Virus record (IMG/VR): IMGVR_UViG_3300031759_000027
Span: 1-56,410 of that record
Length of the DNA stretch: 56,410 nt
DNA from: a virus
Taxonomy: Duplodnaviria > Caudoviricetes
Reading direction: 5' to 3' (one strand)
In this document: positions 36,311 through 45,558 of the stretch, in pieces
How the letters are laid out: every line of letters starts with the position of its first letter
Numbering within the stretch: the first letter of the stretch is position 1
Made by a program: the position numbers and the translations under genes
Notes under the pieces: generated by a model
The model's input: only the letters and a program-made list of their open reading frames with translations
What the model was told of the DNA's origin: nothing
Database searches by the model: none

Positions 36311-36619
36311 CTATTTTGACTCGTCAATAAGATTTGGCGTGCTTGGAAAATTTGCAGTGGCCAAAAGAATTCTTTGAGTCGATTGATTTGACTTCACCAT
36401 TTCATTACGAAACGACTCAACAGCTGCGCCTGTTTGGCGTTGTTGTTGACTATTTTCAACCATCATAATAGGAAGCCAAGCCATCGCGCAACCCCACTCT
36501 TCAACATCTTTTCCTGTGTTGGGGTTTTTACCGGCGACTTTCATAAACCACGCGCAATCTAGTTTTCTGCATGGGTTAAAGCCGTCTAATGGGCAATTAG
36601 CTTTTGGTTCAATTTGCAT
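36311..36619 (-). CDS. Cys-rich fibre-associated protein, copy 2
   Basis: Paralog of 13769..14095. Confidence 0.75.
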   Translation of the reverse strand: MQIEPKANCPLDGFNPCRKLDCAWFMKVAGKNPNTGKDVEEWGCAMAWLPIMMVENSQQQRQTGAAVESFRNEMVKSNQSTQRILLATANFPSTPNLIDESK

Positions 36620-37127
36620 CTTCAAACTCGTCAATAAAGATTTGTAGGCTTTCCCTAAATGGGGCGTTTAGATTAGTTAATGTAACACTATGCATCAAGG
36701 GAGGTTCAAAAGCTACGCATGTGTTATACGTTGGCACAATTGCTTTAACTTCTTCACCTTCTTCATACGCAAAATATCCGCCCCAATCTTTACTCCATTC
36801 TTGATTGAGGTAGATGGTGATTGAAGTTAGGTGACTACCATCATCATGCCAAGGAATAAAAGATTGTCTAGAGTACAGTGCAACATTGGCTGCATATCTC
36901 TTAGGTTGCTTTTTAATGATCCCTTTTTCTAACAAGGTAGAGATGATCTTTTGCTTCAACTCATCTTCTAACTCAAAAAAGAAAATCGCATTGCTAGATT
37001 GAACTACTGATTGGCTCCAGTTAAAGAAGTTAATCCTTGTCGGAGCCATACCTTGCCGCGTAAATAAATGCAGCTCGTTTAGTAATTCGGCATCTAGTAC
37101 GTTTTTTCGTACCTCTAGAGCACCCAT
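36609..37127 (-). CDS. 2OG-Fe(II) oxygenase (prolyl 4-hydroxylase-like)
   Basis: WHDD (HxD), YLN..W...WGG, distal H.V, R.S. Confidence 0.85.
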   Translation of the reverse strand: MGALEVRKNVLDAELLNELHLFTRQGMAPTRINFFNWSQSVVQSSNAIFFFELEDELKQKIISTLLEKGIIKKQPKRYAANVALYSRQSFIPWHDDGSHLTSITIYLNQEWSKDWGGYFAYEEGEEVKAIVPTYNTCVAFEPPLMHSVTLTNLNAPFRESLQIFIDEFEDAN

Positions 37128-37128
37128 T

Positions 37129-37308
37129 TTATGGGGTTGTAGGTTGATTTACTAAAGGCTCAGGAAAGTTCTGATCTGAGATTGGAGCTGGTATTGGTGG
37201 ATAGTCATATCGTTGTAGTTCATGATTCCACACAAAATAGCATCCTGGAGGAATATCAGCTGGGTTTACAGGTGGGATATAAGGTGGAACATACGGAGCG
37301 TCAGACAT
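37129..37308 (-). CDS. Pro-rich small protein (59 aa)
   Basis: Hand translation MSDAPYVPPYIPPVNPADIPPG...; AAGGA SD; fills the gap exactly. Confidence 0.65.
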   Translation of the reverse strand: MSDAPYVPPYIPPVNPADIPPGCYFVWNHELQRYDYPPIPAPISDQNFPEPLVNQPTTP

Positions 37309-37321
37309 TTTTCTTTATCCT

Positions 37322-39436
37322 TTAATTTTTAGATGCTGCAATTACGTCTACATATTTTACGGCGAGATTGATTGCTGTGCCCGTAAATGTATGCGTGTGA
37401 GCTGCTCCAGTAAAGGCAACAGCTACGCCTGATACTCCGTGTGAGTGAGCTGCATTGCTACCGTTAGCTTGCGTGCTGATACCAGTTCCTGCGCCGTAAA
37501 TACCAATACCTGTATATGCTCCTGCTGTACTTGTAGGAGCTGCCAAGTTCCAGTAAGAACCTGGGTTTACTGGCCAGTTACCATAAGCACCTTGTCCGTG
37601 GGCGTGAGTTGGATCAGCAACACCGTGGGCGTGACCAGGGTCATTGATACCGTGGTTATGCGATGGCATTTGAGCTGTGGTGATTGCTGTACCATCAACG
37701 CTACCAGACACTGCATTTGTACCAGATGCAGTAGTATTGGCGTTTGTTCCCGATACCGCTTGAGACGCAAAAGCTGTTGTAAATGCTACCGTACCACCAG
37801 TTCCTGCAGTTCCACTAACGACGCGCAAAGCAGCATTATCGTTTGTAGTTATCTTTGTCCATCCTGTAGGAGCTGCTGTTTGCTGGAATATTAGTACTGT
37901 TCCAGATGCAAACTCAGAAAAACCTGCAGGTAAGTCAGACTGAACTAAAGATCTAAATCCTGGAACCGCTGCTGCGCCACTAGAAGGCCCTGCAAATACT
38001 TGATTTGCTGTTTGAACACCGGCAAGTTCATTGTATTGGGCCAGTGTTAAATGGTAGTACTGAGATGCTGCGCCACCTTGAAGTCCACCCAAGCTATTGT
38101 GGTCTGCGACTGTTGTGCCTGAAAACACTTGCGTAAATGCAGAATCAATCTCAGTTGCTGTTGCAGCACCATTTTGAACAATGATACGACCAACTAAAAT
38201 TGCCATTGTCGACAAGATTGCAGGTGGTGTTGGAACGCTTGCAGTAATTGCCTGGTTTAAATTGTACGAGCCAGTGCCCAAAACATAAGCTATCTTAGGT
38301 AAGCCAGATCCGTCAATGTAGCGATACACCCAGTTTACAGCGTATTGAGAAGCGGCTAATGAAGCTAAATTTGTGCCGTTGTCGTATTGGGTGTTGTTGT
38401 ATGTTGAAACTGTTGAGCTTGTCCAAGCTCCTGCTGAGTGATACCAAAATTCGGCATTTGACGAAGCAGATGTTTGCGCAGTTTCATTGTACTGATTTAC
38501 ACCGTACCAAATGACGCCAGCACCTACAGTAATCACGTTGCCTGTTGATTCACCTAACGCTAAGCCCGAAGCCCATTGATATCGGTTTGTCTGAACTAAG
38601 CGGCGATTTAATCTTGATGCGGTTGACAAGCCCCAGTTGATGGGCTGATAGTGAACTGCTGTGCCATTGCGCCAAAGTAGCGTGGCACCAACAATTGCGG
38701 AGTTGTCAATGTTTCCGACGTTTGTGGTAACTGAATAAACAGGTGTTCCACTGTTGTAGCTAACAACTAGGTAGTTCGCCGACTGGTCAGTCAGTGCTAA
38801 ACCTGAAGCTGCTGGGATGGTGTAAGTCTTTAAATCACCAGTCCAACCTGTTTGGCTAAACAACAACGCTTTAACTGAACTTGCGCTAAACGTTGCGCCA
38901 CCAGCATCAACTGTGATTGTCGGAGCTGTAAGTACGCCAGGCGTATTGCCACGAAGATCTATTTGGCTGATGTAAGAAGTGTTCTTTGAGAAGTAGCCAT
39001 TGGCCTCTTGCCAAATATCACCAGTTAACGGAGCTGTAGGTGCAACACCCTGTGGAATGTTAAACGAAGCTGCAGCTGTTGTTGATGGGTTGAATGTGAC
39101 TTCGCCATTTGCATCTTGCACAACAGCCTTAGCTGCGGGGTACACAACAAAGATGTCTTTAATTCCTGTGGAGAAGTTAACAAGCGCGTTGCTGTTAGAT
39201 GAACGAAGTGGAGTTGTTCTTGTAAGTGCGTTGCTTGAAACAGAATACGAACCAAGACCAACTTCCCAGTTTGTTCCAGTCCCCTGATCACTGATGCAGT
39301 AGTAACAAGTATTTCCGTCGCCGATACCAGAACTAAAAGACTGGTAAGGACCTAACGCAACTCCTAAGAGCGTCGCAGGACCTGTACCAGTTACGGCCGT
39401 TGTTTCACGGACACGATCATTGTTAATTAACGCCAT
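37322..39436 (-). CDS. Long fibre protein
   Basis: DRVRET...GTG...WEVG.G N-terminal domain; C-terminal APTGW collar and HxH tip. Confidence 0.8.
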   Translation of the reverse strand: MALINNDRVRETTAVTGTGPATLLGVALGPYQSFSSGIGDGNTCYYCISDQGTGTNWEVGLGSYSVSSNALTRTTPLRSSNSNALVNFSTGIKDIFVVYPAAKAVVQDANGEVTFNPSTTAAASFNIPQGVAPTAPLTGDIWQEANGYFSKNTSYISQIDLRGNTPGVLTAPTITVDAGGATFSASSVKALLFSQTGWTGDLKTYTIPAASGLALTDQSANYLVVSYNSGTPVYSVTTNVGNIDNSAIVGATLLWRNGTAVHYQPINWGLSTASRLNRRLVQTNRYQWASGLALGESTGNVITVGAGVIWYGVNQYNETAQTSASSNAEFWYHSAGAWTSSTVSTYNNTQYDNGTNLASLAASQYAVNWVYRYIDGSGLPKIAYVLGTGSYNLNQAITASVPTPPAILSTMAILVGRIIVQNGAATATEIDSAFTQVFSGTTVADHNSLGGLQGGAASQYYHLTLAQYNELAGVQTANQVFAGPSSGAAAVPGFRSLVQSDLPAGFSEFASGTVLIFQQTAAPTGWTKITTNDNAALRVVSGTAGTGGTVAFTTAFASQAVSGTNANTTASGTNAVSGSVDGTAITTAQMPSHNHGINDPGHAHGVADPTHAHGQGAYGNWPVNPGSYWNLAAPTSTAGAYTGIGIYGAGTGISTQANGSNAAHSHGVSGVAVAFTGAAHTHTFTGTAINLAVKYVDVIAASKN

Positions 39437-39449
39437 TTGGCGATCCTAA

Positions 39450-39815
39450 TTAACTAAATGAAACGCGGAATGTGAACTGAATCGAGTCGTTTGCCTGCAA
39501 AGGAATACCTGCAAAATCACCCTTCACAAACAGATTACCTGATGTCAATGCGTCAAACAAACCAGCATTTGTGATTGTTTCAGGTGTTGCTGCTACTTGC
39601 GTGGCTACAACTTGAAATGTATCGTTTGTGGTGTTTGTAGTTTGTTGGGTAACTGTACCGGCTACTCGTGGAGATACTTCAGCAAATAACGTGGTATCTG
39701 TTTGACCAGTTGTGCCAGCGCCTGTGCCCCACGCAACGAATGATGGAATTGTTCCGCCAGAATTCAAGCGGTTAGTGATGATTGCGCGTCCAGTGTTAAC
39801 AAGTAATGTGGCCAT
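39450..39815 (-). CDS. Small fibre-anchor-like virion protein
   Basis: N.G, A.GTG, D..L..E, IT.AGLF, D.I..T pattern resembling fibre N-terminal domains. Confidence 0.6.
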   Translation of the reverse strand: MATLLVNTGRAIITNRLNSGGTIPSFVAWGTGAGTTGQTDTTLFAEVSPRVAGTVTQQTTNTTNDTFQVVATQVAATPETITNAGLFDALTSGNLFVKGDFAGIPLQANDSIQFTFRVSFS

Positions 39816-39817
39816 AA

Positions 39818-40015
39818 TTATTGTCCTTTAAAGAGAGTTGATACGCGCTTTGAGCCGCGCAAGAGAGCTTGTTTGAGATTCCAGCAGAGCATAGAAACAG
39901 GATTGCGATCGTAAAAAGCAACTGTGCCATGATTGACGATAGTTCCATCAGCCTTGGTAACCACAGCGTCGATTTCGATTCGCTTCGCATTAAGAATTGT
40001 TGAAAGGATTGACAC
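39818..40015 (-). CDS. Hypothetical protein
   Basis: GGAG SD, GTG start, fills gap after terL. Confidence 0.55.
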   Translation of the reverse strand: MSILSTILNAKRIEIDAVVTKADGTIVNHGTVAFYDRNPVSMLCWNLKQALLRGSKRVSTLFKGQ

Positions 40016-40018
40016 TGA

Positions 40019-41506
40019 TTATCTCCCAAGTTTTTGCCAGATGGCAAGGGTTGATGAAACAACTAAAAATTCGTTGATCGCGTCAATCATTGGATCGATT
40101 TGATCGTCATGCATGTGCGAATCGTCTGCAGTAAAACTTTCGCACTCGGTGATGAAGTCGTTGAGCCAAGGTGCATTTTTAGGCAGATGGACCTTTCCAG
40201 CTTCGATGTACCCGACCACGTCGAGCACCCTGGTGTACTTGTCTTTTGTCCGTTCGACACCTTCAACAAGCACTAGGCCTTCTGACTTCATGTCTTGGAT
40301 CAATCCAGTTCCTGATGCCTTGTCTTCGATTTTCATTTTACGAAGAACACCCAATTCTGGGCCATTCAGTGCTTTGTGCTTTTGCCAGAAAGTCACAGCT
40401 CGTCTGCGAAGTTCTGGAGCTTCCCACTTGCCCCGAATCAAGTCAATCAGATACGCATTGCCATCAACACCTGCTCCCCAACACTCAAACACCGAATAAT
40501 CGTTTCGTTCTGCTGTCTTTTGTGCAGTATCTGCGAAGATTATACGATGCTTTATAACTGGAAGAGTTTCATAGAGCCTAAAATACTGACCCTTGATAAT
40601 CTCGCCACCTTCAATTTGCGGATTTTGTTGGTACAACGCTTCAAAGTTCAACGTGCCCATGATGGTCCGGCGTTCTTCTAAGAATTCTTTGCTCTTTAAT
40701 TGTGGAAAAAGGGCTTCACCGACTTCACGGTGCTCATCACTCTTTGTGGCAAGCGCTGGGTAGGAAAGGCTTTTAATCTGGTCGCCAAATGTAAGCTTCA
40801 AGCGGCCAATTGGATCATCAATGTGCCAACGTGTCATGATGGCTAGCAGCCCAGCATCTTCACTAAATCGGGTGAAGAAGTCATCGGTAAACCATTCCCA
40901 AGTTTTCTCACGTACAAGAGCAGACCTTGCATCTTCGCGCCCCTTGATCGGATCATCAATGATGCCTAAGTCTAAGGATTCACCGGTGATCTGTCCACGC
41001 ACGGTGGTGTTTCTGAAATAACCTAACCTGCCCATGAACTCAATGAGGCTGCGATTTCTTGTGGACCAGGTGCCTGATGAGCCTGAGCTGATGATGGTCT
41101 CAGGGAAAATGGCCTTGTAAATGTCAGACTCCATGATGCGTTGAATCTGCAAGTTAGCTCGTTCACCAAGGCGGTCAGAGAATGAGGTGTAGATGGTCTT
41201 GCAATCTGGGTTCTTACCAGCAAGCCAAGTCACAAAGTCCACAACTACCCAGGACTTACCATGTTGTGGAGGTGCTTCGATGCAAAGCTTTGGGCGCAGT
41301 CCGCCAACCAGGTCCTCGTAGAATTCTTGCAGTTGACCGGTCACTTCTTGGATAAACCACCCCTGCTTCATGGTGGGGCGGATCAACTTGCGGTATTCGA
41401 AGAACGAGTCCCTAGCCGGGCGGTAGAGGTTTAATTCAGCCTCGATCTGATCGTACAGTCGTTGAAGTTTTTGCCGATCATACTGATCAAGCGTCGTCTT
41501 TTCCAC
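40019..41506 (-). CDS. terL: Terminase large subunit
   Basis: PPQHGKS Walker A, IIDDP.K Walker B, TRWH..D, ALYQQ.P, DTA.K...D.S, IEDKASG, HDDQ.D. Confidence 0.95.
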   Translation of the reverse strand: MEKTTLDQYDRQKLQRLYDQIEAELNLYRPARDSFFEYRKLIRPTMKQGWFIQEVTGQLQEFYEDLVGGLRPKLCIEAPPQHGKSWVVVDFVTWLAGKNPDCKTIYTSFSDRLGERANLQIQRIMESDIYKAIFPETIISSGSSGTWSTRNRSLIEFMGRLGYFRNTTVRGQITGESLDLGIIDDPIKGREDARSALVREKTWEWFTDDFFTRFSEDAGLLAIMTRWHIDDPIGRLKLTFGDQIKSLSYPALATKSDEHREVGEALFPQLKSKEFLEERRTIMGTLNFEALYQQNPQIEGGEIIKGQYFRLYETLPVIKHRIIFADTAQKTAERNDYSVFECWGAGVDGNAYLIDLIRGKWEAPELRRRAVTFWQKHKALNGPELGVLRKMKIEDKASGTGLIQDMKSEGLVLVEGVERTKDKYTRVLDVVGYIEAGKVHLPKNAPWLNDFITECESFTADDSHMHDDQIDPMIDAINEFLVVSSTLAIWQKLGR

Positions 41507-41933
41507 TATTCACCCCAGCTTTGACCAATAGCGTTTTGAGTTGAGCCAGCTCAGAAGTTCCTAAATTTTGAAGGCCCCTGATGTCAAGGTTTAGTGGACG
41601 GTTTGGATCGCCACCTTCAATTGCAATTGGCATCTTCTTGTGGAGGTATGGCGCTGCGACCTTAGCCGCTTCGATTCTTGTGTCCATTGATTCGTCTTCA
41701 TCACGAGCAATTGAGATCAAAAGATAAAGCGGCGTGATGCCGTCAGTGGCCTCAGCTAATTTCTTTCGCTGCTCATTGGTCAGTATAGACCTTTTATTCA
41801 GTGAGCCCTTAGGCCGTCCCTTGGGGTTCAGAGGCCCAGTTCCTTTAACAAGGATGCCTTTTGCTCCATTCGTTCTGGTGACGGGCTTTGCGGCTTTGCG
41901 CTCTGATGTGTTTTGTGGAGCAGTATCTTCCAC
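41487..41933 (-). CDS. terS: Terminase small subunit
   Basis: NPKGRPKGSLNK, TP...L, R..AAK.AAPY.H; overlaps terL. Confidence 0.75.
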   Translation of the reverse strand: MEDTAPQNTSERKAAKPVTRTNGAKGILVKGTGPLNPKGRPKGSLNKRSILTNEQRKKLAEATDGITPLYLLISIARDEDESMDTRIEAAKVAAPYLHKKMPIAIEGGDPNRPLNLDIRGLQNLGTSELAQLKTLLVKAGVNSGKDDA

Positions 41934-42082
41934 GATTTTCTCCAGTAGTTTTCAAATAGACTTCACAAGACAGATATTACCACTTTCTATGGAGGTGTGA
42001 TTAAGACGCGGAATTTCGCCAAGAATGGGCTGAAATAGCAAACTCCACATGCTGCTACAGCATCTACTAGGGGGTACCGTCT

Positions 42083-42165
42083 CCTATTATATATACGTTA
42101 GATTAGATATTTATAATATAATTAAGATAATATATAAATAGGAAAGATAGTATATATATAATAGG
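42083..42165. repeat. Very AT-rich core bracketed by a 13-bp inverted repeat
   Basis: CCTATTATATATA 42083-42095 / TATATATAATAGG 42153-42165 in the divergent intergenic region. Confidence 0.8.
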
Positions 42166-42259
42166 GGATGGGGCCCTAAGCAGCTTGGTGTAGCGGGCAA
42201 AGCGCAAGGCTCTACGAACAAACATCTTGCAAATCAAGTACTTATAGGAAAACTACATA

Positions 42260-42739
42260 ATGTCCACAAAACCGACAACTACGCAACTAGAAGCGGCATT
42301 TCATGAAATTATTATCAAACTGCCACGTGCAAAGCGCAAGGAGCTTAGTCCACAAATTGAAGTTTTTAAGTCCTTTTTAGGTATTACTAAGGACATCGTA
42401 AACCTCGATCGTCGCTCGTTGACCTGGGCGCCTGGTAGCGAGACACGAAAAGCTGTGGAGGAAAATCGTAACCTTGAGCTCATTTTTAGAGGTGCTGACG
42501 TCATTAAATGCAACATCTATGAAGCTTCAAAGCTGCTAAATAAACCAGTTCATTCGATCAGAGTTCTTTTAGGCCGTGGTGAAGGCAAGTGGTTTGGGCA
42601 GGTCAAAGGTGAAGATGGTGAGGTAGACTTTGCGCAGCTCTATAAACTAGACAGTGAAGGTAAAAGAATCTATCAAGCTCCTGTTGCTAAGCCGAAAAAA
42701 TCAGAGTTCCAAGTTCCTGAGGGGTCAAGGTCTTACTAA
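42260..42739 (+). CDS. Hypothetical protein
   Basis: AGGA SD; 159 aa ORF. Confidence 0.7.
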   Translation: MSTKPTTTQLEAAFHEIIIKLPRAKRKELSPQIEVFKSFLGITKDIVNLDRRSLTWAPGSETRKAVEENRNLELIFRGADVIKCNIYEASKLLNKPVHSIRVLLGRGEGKWFGQVKGEDGEVDFAQLYKLDSEGKRIYQAPVAKPKKSEFQVPEGSRSY

Positions 42740-42749
42740 GCTCCATATA

Positions 42750-42778
42750 TTTACGATTGATTTTACATGCGCTATTAT
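42750..42778 (+). promoter_or_regulatory. Putative sigma70 promoter for structured RNA/primase
   Basis: TTTACG, 17 bp, TATTAT; predicted +1 falls at the base of the 12-bp stem. Confidence 0.55.
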
Positions 42779-42784
42779 CGATCC

Positions 42785-42861
42785 TGCCAGTTGAGCCGAA
42801 TGTCTACTACCTACAAGGTAGTTTGTCAAAAGCCCTCAGCAAGCCCATCGCTCAACTGGCA
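42785..42861 (+). ncRNA. Candidate 77-nt antisense/regulatory RNA
   Basis: Perfect 12-bp closing stem TGCCAGTTGAGC/GCTCAACTGGCA, inner hairpin ACTACC/GGTAGT, exposed CCTCAGCAAG. Confidence 0.6.
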
Positions 42862-42945
42862 CCTTCTTATTGGCTGAGCAAAAGAAGAAAGCGAGTCCGC
42901 TGAGGGGACATTGACAATTAGACAGATAACCGGGAAATAATAATT

Positions 42946-45078
42946 TTGGCAACTAAACAAACGAAAAGATCTCCATCAGAGATCCTTGGTAAGCCGTCAG
43001 CTGAGTTAAAAGCTGCTGACCTTGGCTTATTAAAGTTAGCAAGTTCAGGCCTAGATCTTGATGACGCTAAAAAGTTGAGCATGTCCTTCTTAGGTCCAAT
43101 CTCCACAAGTAAGCTGCATCCCTCGTTCAAGGCGCTTAGTGCGTTAAAGATTGATTATCTTGGCATCGATGGTAAGCCCATCAGTGACTGGCACGCAGCA
43201 CCACCCTTCTACCGCATCAGGTACTTAGAAGCCGGAACTGGTTTTGATGCCATTAGTGTGAAGAAAGAAATCAGGTATACCCAAGAACCAAATACAGCTC
43301 CAGTTGCCTACTACCCTGGTAATTGTGACTGGACGAAAATTTCAAAGAACGTTGATGTGCCAATCATCATCACTGAAGGTGAGCTGAAAGCTGCAAAGGC
43401 CTGCAAGGAAGGTTTTCCGACCATTGGCCTTGGTGGTGTCTATAACTGGCGAAGCGCAAAACTGGGGTTAGGTTGGTTGCCAAGCCTAGAGCTCATTGAT
43501 TGGAAGCGGCGCAATATCTACATTTGCTTTGACTCAGACTACCAAACAAATCCGATGGTGTGTGCTGCTTTAAAAGAGCTTGCTGATGAGCTAGAGCGGC
43601 GCGGCAGCTTTGCGCACATCGTCACGCTACCTAGCCTTGATGGCTTAGAAAAGGTTGGTCTTGATGACTTCTTAGTGCATGCTGGTGTTGATGCGAATGA
43701 TCAGTTTGCAAATTTGTTACGTGTTGCTGAGCCACTTGGCATGGCCAAGGTGCTGTTCGCGTTTAATGAGAAATATGTGTATGCTGACAGTCCTGGCCTG
43801 ATTGTGAATCAGGAGACGAGTCAGAAGATTAGCCCATCTGCGTTTAAGGACCACTTAGAATCGGTGGCAAACTATCAGGAGCGGAAGCTGAAGGCCGATG
43901 GTTCAGTTGTCTTTCAAACTGTATCAGCCGGAGGAGCTTGGATTAAGTGGCCACTCAGGCAACGAGTTGATAAGATTACTTATGTGCCAGGAGCCGAGCG
44001 CTTTGTGCATGGTGAGAACCGCGTGATGCTGAATACCTGGCCAGGTTGGGGTTGCGAACCGAAAGCCGGTGATGTGCAGCCGTTCTTAGATTTGCTTGAT
44101 CACATCTTTAAGGGTGCTGAATCAGGCGCCTTGCAGTGGTTCTTACGTTGGTGCGCCTATCCAATTCAGTACCCAGGGACGAAGTTGTTTAGTAGTGCGG
44201 TGATTCATGGTATTAGACACGGAACTGGTAAGTCACTCATTGGCTATACGTTAGGTAGGATCTACGGCAAGAACTTCACTGAGATCAGCCAAATGGACTT
44301 GCACAACGGCTTTAATGAGTGGGCAGAGTCGAAGCAGCTGGCCATGGGCGATGACGTGACAGGTAGTAATAAACGGGCTGATGCCGACTTCTTGAAGAAG
44401 CTGATCACGCAGCGTGAGCTTAGGATTAACGCGAAGTTTATTCCTAGCTACACGGTCCCTGATTGCCTGAACTACTTCTTTACAGCAAACCATCCTGACT
44501 CGTTCTTTTTAGAAGACGACGATCGGCGGATGTTTGTGCATGAGGTGCATGTTGGTCCCTTGCCAGAACAGTTCTATATGGAATATGACCTGTGGCTAGA
44601 TACTGGCGGTGCTGAGGCGATCTTTCATTACTTGCTGAACTTAGATCTTGGTGACTTCAATCCAGCAGCTCCTGCCTTTAAGACAGCTGCGAAAGAGCGC
44701 ATGATCAGCAACGTGCAGAGTGACTTAGCCGGTTGGGTTCGCAGCTTACAATCTGTTCCTGATCACGTCCTTAAGGTTGGTGAGATTGTGGTGAACAAGG
44801 ACTTGTTTACAAGTAAAGAGTTGCTGCAGTTCTATGATCCATCTGGAAAGACCGGCACGACAGCAAATGGCCTGGGCCGTGAACTTGCCAGAGCAGGAAT
44901 TCGTCAGGTGATTAGCGGCAAGCCCGTTAGGTTGGCTGATGGTAGTCAAGCCAGGTACTACGCCGTGCGAAATGCTGACCACTGGTTAACAGCTGGAATA
45001 GCAGATGTGACAAGCCACCTGAATGCCTGGAACAAGGGGCATGGCGCCGGAAGCCCAGTGAAAGCTGCAAAGTACTAG
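42946..45078 (+). CDS. Primase-helicase (Toprim DUF3854-like plus SF3-like NTPase)
   Basis: ITEGELKA, IGLGGV, FDSD, GLDD; GTGKS Walker A, TANH...DDRR; TTG start. Confidence 0.88.
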   Translation: MATKQTKRSPSEILGKPSAELKAADLGLLKLASSGLDLDDAKKLSMSFLGPISTSKLHPSFKALSALKIDYLGIDGKPISDWHAAPPFYRIRYLEAGTGFDAISVKKEIRYTQEPNTAPVAYYPGNCDWTKISKNVDVPIIITEGELKAAKACKEGFPTIGLGGVYNWRSAKLGLGWLPSLELIDWKRRNIYICFDSDYQTNPMVCAALKELADELERRGSFAHIVTLPSLDGLEKVGLDDFLVHAGVDANDQFANLLRVAEPLGMAKVLFAFNEKYVYADSPGLIVNQETSQKISPSAFKDHLESVANYQERKLKADGSVVFQTVSAGGAWIKWPLRQRVDKITYVPGAERFVHGENRVMLNTWPGWGCEPKAGDVQPFLDLLDHIFKGAESGALQWFLRWCAYPIQYPGTKLFSSAVIHGIRHGTGKSLIGYTLGRIYGKNFTEISQMDLHNGFNEWAESKQLAMGDDVTGSNKRADADFLKKLITQRELRINAKFIPSYTVPDCLNYFFTANHPDSFFLEDDDRRMFVHEVHVGPLPEQFYMEYDLWLDTGGAEAIFHYLLNLDLGDFNPAAPAFKTAAKERMISNVQSDLAGWVRSLQSVPDHVLKVGEIVVNKDLFTSKELLQFYDPSGKTGTTANGLGRELARAGIRQVISGKPVRLADGSQARYYAVRNADHWLTAGIADVTSHLNAWNKGHGAGSPVKAAKY

Positions 45079-45123
45079 GTATTTCACCGGTTTGAAGCTA
45101 GTAAATGTATTAGGCTGATTATT

Positions 45124-45203
45124 TTGTAAATAAGTGTTTACAAGGCTACTTTTAGGCACTATACTAGCCCTGTAGTAACAAATTAACTCTTGCTGAGGAA
45201 AAC
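45124..45203 (+). promoter_or_regulatory. Early promoter copy 2 with palindrome and CTTGCTGAGG box
   Basis: TTTACA 45137-45142, 17 bp, TATACT 45160-45165; same palindrome and leader as copy 1. Confidence 0.85.
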
Positions 45204-45207
45204 ACAA

Positions 45208-45558
45208 ATGAAACAGATTTATAGTCACTTGATACCCTGTGAGGATCACGTGTATGTAACAGACAACTTTGGTATCTACGACCTTAAGGGCCGTGAAATT
45301 GGAGCCATCTACACGATTAGCCATTGCGAGTTTGTTGAGTACGATCCTGTTGCTCATAAGAACTATGGGTCACGCGCAATTTTACCTGGGAAGTACTTCT
45401 TTACGAACGCGCAAGCTGCTAGAGACGGCTACGCGTATGGAGCTTGTCAACCATCGAAGTTCTTTAAAACAATTGAAGAAGCGCAGCGTGAAATTGCTAG
45501 GTATTTAGGAGTTGCGAAGCTTTACGCCTTTAAGAAATACGCGAAGGAGCAAGCATGA
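45208..45558 (+). CDS. Hypothetical early protein
   Basis: ATG 45208 after conserved leader box. Confidence 0.7.
   Translation: MKQIYSHLIPCEDHVYVTDNFGIYDLKGREIGAIYTISHCEFVEYDPVAHKNYGSRAILPGKYFFTNAQAARDGYAYGACQPSKFFKTIEEAQREIARYLGVAKLYAFKKYAKEQA

Noticed and set aside
37322-39436. Diversity-generating retroelement or invertible switch behind the two similar fibre tips
   Set aside because: No reverse transcriptase or invertase, and the similarity is at protein level without a near-identical DNA repeat
42166-42235. Possible tRNA-like sequence beside the AT-rich element
   Set aside because: No T-loop GTTC motif or consistent cloverleaf could be built
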